Source of the DNA: Candidatus Latescibacterota bacterium | GTDB lineage: Bacteria > Latescibacterota > UBA2968 > UBA8231 | Direction: 5' to 3' | Assembly (NCBI GenBank): GCA_965197905.1 | Contig: CBDAOB010000003.1 | Span: 1,024,001-1,088,000 of the forward strand | Length of the DNA stretch: 64,000 bases | Shown here: positions 7,982 through 15,476 of the stretch, piece by piece | How positions within the stretch are numbered: the first letter of the stretch is position 1 | Layout: every line of letters starts with the position of its first letter | Program-made: the position numbers and the translations under genes | Notes under the pieces: model-generated | What the model was told of the DNA's origin: nothing | What the model saw: the letters and a program-made list of their open reading frames with translations, nothing else | Databases searched by the model: none

Positions 7982-10177
7982 TTGCCGACGAATCAGTTCT
8001 TTGCTACGACCTCGAGAGGAACGGAGCCGCTTCTCGCTGCGGAATTGCCCGCCCTGGGAGCAGCATCTGTATCGTCAGGTCGCTCGGGCGTTTCCTTCGA
8101 AGGCGGGATGGAGGTGGCGTATCGAGTCTGTCTCTGGTCGCGTTTTGCTAGCCGCGTACTGATGCCGTTGAGTGGCTTCGCGGCCGCTACGCCCGAGGAT
8201 CTGTATGCCGGAGTCCGCACCATCGACTGGTCCCAGCACATTTCAGCTGACGGGACGCTGGCGGTCGATTGTCATTCCGCGGAATCGCACATCGATCATA
8301 CACATTTCGCCTCCTTGAAGGTGAAGGATGCCATCGTCGATCAGATACGGGAAGCTTCCGGTATCCGGCCGTCGGTAGACCTCCAGCGACCTGACCTGCG
8401 GGTAAACCTCTACCTCTATCGCAACGAAGCCACCGTCAGCATCGACCTGGCCGGCGAGGGATTACACAAACGGGGATACCGCCTACACGGTGGCCAGGCG
8501 CCGCTCAAGGAGAATCTGGCTGCCGCTATTCTGGCGCGCGCCAACTGGCCGGAGATCGCCGCGGCTGGCGGCGGACTGATCGATCCCATGTGCGGGTCGG
8601 GAACCCTCTGCATCGAAGCCGCCATGATGGCCGCCGATATCGCTCCCGGTTTACGGCGGAGCTACTTCGGATTTCGTCGGTGGAAAGGGTTCGATGCTGA
8701 GCTGTGGGAAACGCTGCTGGAGGACGCAAAGAAACGTCGGTTAGAGGGACTCCCCAAACTTCCGCCGCTGCTGGGTTGCGACATCGATCCAGATGCTGTG
8801 CGCCTCGCACAGGCAAACGTAGATCGTGCAGGCCTTGGTGGAATGGTGAAGATCGAACAGTGCGAACTAGCCAACGCCACACCAGAAAAAAGCTCGAGCG
8901 ATGGCGCTGGGCTGCTGGTCGCTAATCCACCATACGGCGAACGCCTTGGTGAACAGAAAACGATCGAGCCGTTGTATGCTCGGCTCGGAAGCACCCTCAA
9001 GGCGCATTTCGGCGATTGGCAGGCTGCCGTGTTTACCGGAAATCCCAAACTGGCCGGGGCGCTGCGCCTGCGGCCGCACCGCAGCTATTCGCTCTACAAT
9101 GGGCCGATCAAATGCCGTCTGTTGTGCTTTTCCATAGGTCCGACTGCCCCCGCTCACGACGGAGGGCACCGTGTCGATAGCGAGCCTGGGGTGCAGACAA
9201 AGGCGTCCTCGACCTCGAATACCGGTTGTGAAATGCTGGCTAACCGACTGCGAAAGAACCTGCGTATCAAGAAACGCTGGTCGCGCCGCGAAGGGATTAC
9301 CTGTTATCGGCTCTACGACGCCGATCTGCCTGAGTACGCCTTTGCCGTGGATCTGTATCAAGGGGAGGAGCTTTACCTGCACGTTCAGGAGTACGAGCCG
9401 CCGGTCTCGGTGGATTCCGAACGCGCGGAGCGCCGGCGCGAGGAAGGACTGCAAACGATCGCGGCAGTACTGGAGGTGCCGTCGTCGCGAATCTACTTCA
9501 AGATGCGGCGGCAACAAAAGGGCACGTCACAGTATGACCGCCAGGGGGCCACGGGTGGGTTCATGGAGGTCGCAGAAGGCAGCTGTCGATTCTGGCTAAA
9601 CCTCTCGGATTATCTGGACACCGGTTTGTTTCTCGATCAGCGTCTCAGCAGGCGACTAATCCAGCAGAGAATCGGGGGCGGACGTTTCCTGAATCTATTC
9701 GGTTACACCGGTACTGCGACCGTTCATGCAGCCGTCGGGGGTGCGGCGTCAACTACGACCGTCGATATGTCGAATACCTATCTGGACTGGGCGCGGCGCA
9801 ATTTGGAGCTGAACAACTGCACTGGCGAGAAGCACGAGCTGATTCGCGCTGACTGCATCGAGTGGTTACAGGATCCGGGTGTGAGGAAGACCCGAAGATT
9901 CGAGATGATATGGCTCGATCCGCCCACCTTTTCGAACTCCAAAAGGATGGATCGTGAGTTCGATGTGCAGCGGGACCACGTGGAGTTGATCCGCAACACG
10001 GCTCGCCTCCTTACAGCTGGTGGCGTCATCTTTTTCGCCACGAACTACCGCCGCTTCAAGCTTGACGAAGCAGCCTTGACGGGGCTGAAGGCCAAGGACA
10101 TCTCCGCAGCCACTCTACCACAGGACTTTGAGCGTAGGAAGCGGATGCACAACTGCTGGGAACTCACGGTAGGTTGA
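7982..10177 (+). CDS. rlmL: Bifunctional 23S rRNA m7G2069/m2G2445 methyltransferase RlmKL
   Basis: THUMP region, LHKRGYR, APLKENLAAA, DPMCGSGT and NPPYGER, followed by a second methyltransferase domain with DYLDTGLFLD, LNLFGYTG and DPPTFSNSK. Confidence 0.95.
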   Translation: MPTNQFFATTSRGTEPLLAAELPALGAASVSSGRSGVSFEGGMEVAYRVCLWSRFASRVLMPLSGFAAATPEDLYAGVRTIDWSQHISADGTLAVDCHSAESHIDHTHFASLKVKDAIVDQIREASGIRPSVDLQRPDLRVNLYLYRNEATVSIDLAGEGLHKRGYRLHGGQAPLKENLAAAILARANWPEIAAAGGGLIDPMCGSGTLCIEAAMMAADIAPGLRRSYFGFRRWKGFDAELWETLLEDAKKRRLEGLPKLPPLLGCDIDPDAVRLAQANVDRAGLGGMVKIEQCELANATPEKSSSDGAGLLVANPPYGERLGEQKTIEPLYARLGSTLKAHFGDWQAAVFTGNPKLAGALRLRPHRSYSLYNGPIKCRLLCFSIGPTAPAHDGGHRVDSEPGVQTKASSTSNTGCEMLANRLRKNLRIKKRWSRREGITCYRLYDADLPEYAFAVDLYQGEELYLHVQEYEPPVSVDSERAERRREEGLQTIAAVLEVPSSRIYFKMRRQQKGTSQYDRQGATGGFMEVAEGSCRFWLNLSDYLDTGLFLDQRLSRRLIQQRIGGGRFLNLFGYTGTATVHAAVGGAASTTTVDMSNTYLDWARRNLELNNCTGEKHELIRADCIEWLQDPGVRKTRRFEMIWLDPPTFSNSKRMDREFDVQRDHVELIRNTARLLTAGGVIFFATNYRRFKLDEAALTGLKAKDISAATLPQDFERRKRMHNCWELTVG

Positions 10178-11023
10178 ATCTTGCCAAATACATTTGATGT
10201 AGTGGTAGTCGGTGCCGGCATCGTAGGTACGTTTCATGCCTATTTCGCGGCGCAGCGCGGCCTCAAGACGCTACTGCTCGACCGGGACCCGGCGCCGCGG
10301 CAGGCGACGGTGCGCAACTTCGGCATGATCGTCACCGGGACGATTGCGGCGCCGGGAGAGTGGGATGGTTTCGCGCGGCGAACCAATGAGCTGTATCGGC
10401 AACTGGGCGACGAAAGTGAGAAAGACCTCACTATTCGACCCCGAGGTTCGCTTTACGTCGTCGAGACCGAGCTGGAGGACCGCGTAATCAGAGAGTTCGC
10501 CGATCTATCGTCTTCTCTGGGAAAACGCGCAGAGTACCTTTCCGCAGCAGACATGACCAAAAGCTATGCCTTCGTAGACCCCGAGTACGCTCGTGGCGGG
10601 TTGCTCTTTCCCGACGATATGGGCGTTGACCCCAGACGTTTCATTCACCTGATCCTTGAACAGCTTTCGCGCGACAAGGACGTTACCTTCAAACCCGATA
10701 CCTGCGTCGTCGGCATCGAAGCTGAGGCCGGCGGCTGTAAGGTGACCGATAGCTCGGGCAATCAGCTTTCGTGCGGTCGGGTTGTGGTGTGCAGTGGTAT
10801 CGAATACCGCATCTTATATCCGGATTTCTGTCGCGAGAGCGGCATGGAGATCTGCAAGATCGACATGCTGAGAACGGAAGCCCAGACCAACCTCGACCTG
10901 CGTCACAACATCCTCTCCGGGCTCTCGGTGCGTCGTTATCCCGGTTTCGAGGTCTGCCCATCTTACGAAAAATTGAAGGCGGCCCCGATCGGGCAGGAAT
11001 ACCAAGAGTGGGGTATTCATCTG

Positions 11024-11048
11024 CGCAATCAGTGTTTTAGGGCTTGAC
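11024..11048 (+). repeat. Left terminal inverted repeat CGCAATCAGTGTTTTAGGGCTTGAC
   Basis: Exact reverse complement of 13054-13078. Confidence 0.97.
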
Positions 11049-11072
11049 ATTCAGTCCCTTGTTTGTTATCTT
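11044..11072 (+). promoter_or_regulatory. Sigma70-type promoter for the transposase
   Basis: TTGACA (11044-11049), 17-bp spacer, TATCTT (11067-11072), with an extended -10 TG. Confidence 0.7.
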
Positions 11073-11107
11073 AAGTATAAGAAAAACAACCAATAAGGGA
11101 GCGGAGA

Positions 11108-11989
11108 ATGAACTTGATAACCGTGACAGAGAGATTTCCGACGCAAGAATCCTGCATTGCTCATCTGGAGCAGGTCCGCTTCGGCAATGAGCCGTTTTGT
11201 CCCTTGTGCGGCACGGTCGGGGAGTGCGCCCGCAAGAAGGAAGGGAATAGAATCGGGCGCTGGAACTGTCACGCCTGCAAGGCCAGCTTCAATGTCTTGT
11301 CCAAGACGATGTTTCAGGGCACGCATCTTCCCTTGCAGAAGTGGTTCTGCGCCATCGCCCTGATCGTGAACGCCAAGAAAAGCCTGTCCAGTTGCCAGCT
11401 TGGCCGTGACTTGAACCTGAATCAGCGCGCCGCCTGGTACATGCAACAGCGCATTCGGGCTGAAATGGCTACCAAGCAGGGAAGAATCAGGCTAAGTGGA
11501 ATCATCGAAGCCGATGAGGTCTATTTGGGCGGGCGCCCCAGGAAGCGCAACAGGCGCGATGACGACAAGTCCAACCGCAGAGGACGAGGAACGCGCAAGA
11601 CCGCGGTTATCGGCGCTGTGGAGCGTTCAGGGAAGGTTGTGGCCGAAGTCGCCGACGATCTGTCCAGTAGGGGCGTGCTCGCCTTTATCAAGCGCGCCAT
11701 CGATCCTGACGCCTCGACGCTGGTTACGGACGAATACGGAGCTTACAACGCGGTGCGGCGGATCATGGATCATTGTGTGATTCAGCATTCCACGCACTAC
11801 GTCGATGGCGCGCTCCACACAAACACGATAGAAGGCGTCTGGTCCCTGCTCAAGCGCGCCTGGTACGGATCGCATCACCACTACACGAAGCAATACACGC
11901 CGCTTTACGTGGCCGAGGCTTGTTTCAAGTACAACCACCGCAAGAACGATAACACCTTCTATTCTTTTATCAAGGAGTGCTTTGCATAG
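11108..11989 (+). CDS. IS1595-family transposase (Zn ribbon plus ISXO2-like DDE domain)
   Basis: Motifs CPLCG...WNCHAC, EADEVYLGG, LVTDEYGAY, HTNTIEGVWSLLKR and YVAEACFKYN. Confidence 0.95.
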   Translation: MNLITVTERFPTQESCIAHLEQVRFGNEPFCPLCGTVGECARKKEGNRIGRWNCHACKASFNVLSKTMFQGTHLPLQKWFCAIALIVNAKKSLSSCQLGRDLNLNQRAAWYMQQRIRAEMATKQGRIRLSGIIEADEVYLGGRPRKRNRRDDDKSNRRGRGTRKTAVIGAVERSGKVVAEVADDLSSRGVLAFIKRAIDPDASTLVTDEYGAYNAVRRIMDHCVIQHSTHYVDGALHTNTIEGVWSLLKRAWYGSHHHYTKQYTPLYVAEACFKYNHRKNDNTFYSFIKECFA

Positions 11990-12076
11990 GGAATTACATA
12001 CATGAATAGACAGGACGGCGGAAAACTGAAACCTGGCTGGAGGGAGGGGATCGAGCGTTTGATCGAGAGAGATCAG

Positions 12077-12334
12077 CTAACCGAAACCGATGGAACCCTT
12101 CCCGGGACGTTCGAGGATGCTGACTCTTTCTACGAGAGAATGGACCAGATCTTCAAGGCGCTTGAGTTGGGCTTCGAGCGCATCAATGCGCTCCGCAAAG
12201 CCGCCGGTCTCCCATCCCTCTAACTCTTTCAATTTTTCAATCACGGCAAGTTTCTCGGTTACTGAAGTCACGGCTGAAGAAACCAGGTGCTTTAATTCAA
12301 ATATTATTTCCTCTTTGGTTTTATCGTTTGCCAT
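12077..12334 (-). CDS. IS passenger, small coiled-coil hypothetical protein (85 aa)
   Basis: AAAAGGAG RBS 6 nt before ATG. Heptad-like pattern IDALEAQLKRLEDLVHSL. Confidence 0.55.
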   Translation of the reverse strand: MANDKTKEEIIFELKHLVSSAVTSVTEKLAVIEKLKELEGWETGGFAERIDALEAQLKRLEDLVHSLVERVSILERPGKGSIGFG

Positions 12335-12359
12335 GATGCGCTCCTTTTAATGTGAAAGG

Positions 12360-12719
12360 CTATTCCGATGACTCAACCGCCACCCGATGAGCGCGAACCT
12401 CAGCAAGTATTTTCTGTTGAATCGGTTCCCCAAGAAAGTGTAGAACGGATTCTGCAAGGCGTACGAGATCTTGCTTCTCTAATTGAAAGAGAAGCGCATG
12501 AGGCTTTTCCCGAGTGTAGTGAACAAATATCAGGACACTTCCATTCGAGGCTTCTGTCCATAGAAGGTTATTACACTCGAAACAGTATACACCTGCTTCA
12601 CGAAGTGCTTCGATGGTGGAAAGGTCGGCATGATGGGAGTCCTCACTACAGGGATCCCTTACCAGGGGTTGGAGAAGTTCCTTAACGAGGTTTTCTATGC
12701 GCTGTGAGTCCTGGTCCAT
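12360..12719 (-). CDS. IS passenger, hypothetical protein (119 aa)
   Basis: AGGAG RBS 6 nt before ATG. Contains CFEC. Confidence 0.5.
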   Translation of the reverse strand: MDQDSQRIENLVKELLQPLVRDPCSEDSHHADLSTIEALREAGVYCFECNNLLWTEASNGSVLIFVHYTREKPHALLFQLEKQDLVRLAESVLHFLGEPIQQKILAEVRAHRVAVESSE

Positions 12720-12797
12720 TTGCCGCTCCTATCGGTTCACCGGTTGCTATATCCAAAACACTCCCGGAAGTGATCGTAAAGAGTCGCTTCATTTAGT

Positions 12798-13013
12798 TCA
12801 TTTTAATGGTCCAAGAATCCGAGAGCCCCGGTTTTTACCACGCAATCGCCAAACGTCCCCGGTTTTGGTGTCCAGCACGCAGGTGTCTTTCAAAATACCC
12901 CGAAACCGGCCAATTTCCCCTTTTTCTAGCTGGTTCACCACCAGAAAGACAGAAACCACCAAAGCCGCGGCCACAATTAAGGCCTGCACAATCTGGATTA
13001 TTGGGTCTTTCAT
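12798..13013 (-). CDS. IS passenger, small membrane-anchored protein (71 aa)
   Basis: MKDPIIQIVQALIVAAALVVSVFLVV transmembrane segment, then GRF...LDTKTGDVW. Lies directly downstream of the right-end promoter. Confidence 0.6.
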   Translation of the reverse strand: MKDPIIQIVQALIVAAALVVSVFLVVNQLEKGEIGRFRGILKDTCVLDTKTGDVWRLRGKNRGSRILGPLK

Positions 13014-13029
13014 AATTAGCTTTCGGCGG

Positions 13030-13058
13030 AGGATAGCGATGTTCAGGCGGGAAGTCAA
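13030..13058 (-). promoter_or_regulatory. Sigma70-type inward promoter at the right IS end
   Basis: On the minus strand: TTGACT (13058-13053), 17-bp spacer, TATCCT (13035-13030). Confidence 0.65.
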
Positions 13059-13078
13059 GCCCTAAAACACTGATTGCG
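13054..13078 (-). repeat. Right terminal inverted repeat
   Basis: GTCAAGCCCTAAAACACTGATTGCG, followed by target duplication TTCATCTG. Confidence 0.97.
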
Positions 13079-13499
13079 TTCATCTGTTGTTCAAACAGGC
13101 GGACGACAGCACCCTAATCATTGGTGACTCTCATCAGTATTTTCCACTCAGTGAACCAACTGGATTCGACAATCATGCCGAGGTGCGGGACGCGATCCTT
13201 GCGTACGGAAAGCGCATCGTACATCTGGACAACTGGTCCATCGGCAAGTCCTGGGCGGGTTACGTCATGAGCCACCCCCACGAAGATGCAGTGGTTGGCC
13301 AGGTAGCTCCTTCCGTTCATGTGGCCCTGGGGATTGCAGGGAAGGGAATGAGCACCGCGCCCGGATTCGCGCAGGCGAACATCGCGCGGATTCTGGATAT
13401 CACATAACGACGACGTGGCTTGCGCCTCCCACGTTGCACATGAATTTTGATCACAGGCAAAAAGAACCGTCACCAACCAATCACAAAGGGGGAAGCAAC

Positions 13500-14474
13500 A
13501 TGAGGTTGAAGTACCTGTGGTACATAGCGCTGGGCATGCTGGGAATAGGATCCATCGATAACGCCACGGCCGCCGAAAGAAAAATCAAAGGCTACATGTT
13601 CGGGGATTACTACTACGCGGTCAGCGGTCCCGACGAAAAGCGAAATGCCTTTCAGCTCCGTCGTATCTACCTGACCCATGATATCAAGTGGGACGATTCG
13701 TTTTCGGGGCGCGTGCGCTTCGAGGCCAAGGATGCCGGTTTCGGCAGCGGTGGGACCATGGACCCATTCGTAAAGGACGCCTACCTGCGCTACCAGTGGA
13801 ATGGCCGTTCTATCTATGCCGGCCAGTCGCAATCACCCACATGGTCTGTCTCGGAACAGGTCTGGGGATACCGCGCGGTTGAGAAGATGGCTATGGATCT
13901 GAATAAGATCGGATCCTCAAGAGATAACGGCATCGCCTTCAAGACCGGCTTGGGCGGCAGCGACAAACTCAACCTCCATCTCATGGTCGGCAACGGCAAC
14001 AGCACCAAGAGTGAAAAGGACAACGACAAGAAATTCTACGGCTTGTTGCACTTGAAGCCGGCCGGCGACACGGTGGCGACCGCCTACGTCGACTGGCAGA
14101 GTCAACCGAAGGATCAGGACCAGACGACCTTCGCCGTCATGGTCGGCACCAAAAGTGAGGATCTGCGCGGCGCCGTCGAGGTTTTTACCCAGACGAGGAA
14201 GAATGCCGCTGCCGGCAAGGATGTGACCAGCCAGGGGGTATCCGGGTTCGGTGCAAAGAGGCTGCGGGAAAGAACCAAAGCGTTTGCACGCGTCGACCTC
14301 TTCGACCCGAATAATGACGTCGATGACGACGGCAACCTTCTGCTGATGGGTGGTTTGGACTGGATGCCCACGAAAGGAATCCACATCATGCCGAACGCCC
14401 AGGTCGTTATTGACAACGCACCCGGCGTCGACACCGAGGTGGTGCCGCGCGTAACCGGAGTGGTCAAATTCTAG
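13500..14474 (+). CDS. Putative outer-membrane porin-like beta-barrel protein
   Basis: Signal peptide MRLKYLWYIALGMLGIG..ATA, motifs RRIYLT, PFVKDAYL and WGYR..EK...SSRD.G, alternating beta-strand pattern, terminal Phe. Confidence 0.7.
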   Translation: MRLKYLWYIALGMLGIGSIDNATAAERKIKGYMFGDYYYAVSGPDEKRNAFQLRRIYLTHDIKWDDSFSGRVRFEAKDAGFGSGGTMDPFVKDAYLRYQWNGRSIYAGQSQSPTWSVSEQVWGYRAVEKMAMDLNKIGSSRDNGIAFKTGLGGSDKLNLHLMVGNGNSTKSEKDNDKKFYGLLHLKPAGDTVATAYVDWQSQPKDQDQTTFAVMVGTKSEDLRGAVEVFTQTRKNAAAGKDVTSQGVSGFGAKRLRERTKAFARVDLFDPNNDVDDDGNLLLMGGLDWMPTKGIHIMPNAQVVIDNAPGVDTEVVPRVTGVVKF

Positions 14475-14565
14475 CGGTGTATCGGAACCTTCATCTGAAT
14501 GTCAATTGGCTGTAACACGAAGGCCGCACGCGCGAGGGATTTCGTCTCCATGCCGGCTGCGGGTC

Positions 14566-15459
14566 TCATACACTCTCCAAGAACGACAGGACCTCGACCA
14601 GCGCCTCATCGGGCATCTCTTCCGGAATGAAATGACCGCAGGGAAGAGACCGGCCGCGCACGTCGGTTGCGCGGTCGCGCCAGGCGGAAAGCATGTCGAG
14701 CCCTCCACCGGTCTGCCATCCCGGCCGCTTGGGCATGTGGCCGGCCCAGAGAACTAGCACCGGGCATGCAAGCTTGTTTCCGCGGTCCGCATCGTCGTGT
14801 TTTAGGTCAAGCTCAACCGCGCGATAATCGGCGCAGGTTCCGCGAATCATCTCGGGATTGCTGAAGCAGCGCCAGTACTCGGCGTAGGCTTCCTCGGTTA
14901 TCGCGCCCTCGACGGCGGTCCAATGTTCAAAGATGAAATCCAGGTAGACTTGCGCGCTGTTGCCGATCATGGTTTCCGGGAAGGGCGCTGGTTGCCGCAT
15001 CAGATGCCAGTGAAACCAGGAAAACGCGAGCGGGGTGTCCATGTTCTCGAACGCCGCCTGTGATGGCATGACGTCGAAATTCGTCAGCGATAGAACCCGC
15101 TCGGGATGATCGAGGGCGAGGCGCTGCCCGACCCGCACGCCGCGGTCGTGACCCAACAGGTGAAACTTCTCGAATCCCAACGACGTCATGACCGCGGCCT
15201 GGTCCTGGGCGGTCGTCCGTTTGCAATAAACGCTGTGATCACCCTCCGGAGCGACCGGTTTCTCGCTGTCGCCGTAACCGCGGAGATCGGGCACAACCAC
15301 CGAATACTCTTTGGCCAACTCCGGCGCCATCTTGTGCCACATGACGTGGGTTTGGGGATAGCCGTGCAACAGTAGCACCGGAGGTCCGCTGCCGCCATGC
15401 CTCAAATTTATAGAGACCCCGTTGGCAGTAATCTGTGTCAGCGAGAATCCTTCAAACAT
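14566..15459 (-). CDS. Alpha/beta hydrolase, haloacetate/fluoroacetate dehalogenase-like
   Basis: Motifs LLHGYPQTHVMWH, DLRGYGDS, nucleophile GHDRG.RV, FHW, CADYRA and CGHFIPEE. Start MFEGF at 15459. Confidence 0.8.
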   Translation of the reverse strand: MFEGFSLTQITANGVSINLRHGGSGPPVLLLHGYPQTHVMWHKMAPELAKEYSVVVPDLRGYGDSEKPVAPEGDHSVYCKRTTAQDQAAVMTSLGFEKFHLLGHDRGVRVGQRLALDHPERVLSLTNFDVMPSQAAFENMDTPLAFSWFHWHLMRQPAPFPETMIGNSAQVYLDFIFEHWTAVEGAITEEAYAEYWRCFSNPEMIRGTCADYRAVELDLKHDDADRGNKLACPVLVLWAGHMPKRPGWQTGGGLDMLSAWRDRATDVRGRSLPCGHFIPEEMPDEALVEVLSFLESV

Positions 15460-15476
15460 GGCCTTCACTACGGCTG

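Larger units (their letters stand above)
11024..13078 (+). mobile_element. IS1595-family insertion sequence with passenger genes, 2055 bp
   Basis: Perfect 25-bp terminal IRs (11024-11048 and 13054-13078), 8-bp direct repeat TTCATCTG at 11016-11023 and 13079-13086, transposase, and a visibly more AT-rich interior. Confidence 0.96.
10181..13407 (+). pseudogene. TIGR03364-family FAD-dependent oxidoreductase interrupted by the IS1595-family element
   Basis: The 5' part 10181-11023 (GAGIVG, ATVRNFGM, ...EWGIHL) and the 3' part 13087-13407 (LFKQADDSTLIIGDSH...GIAGKGMS) join in frame into about 387 aa after removing the element and one target copy. Confidence 0.9.

Noticed and set aside
11024..13078. 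Element as a self-splicing intron or IStron restoring the host gene
   Set aside because: No group I/II intron features or reverse transcriptase are visible. IRs plus an 8-bp TSD indicate ordinary DDE transposition.
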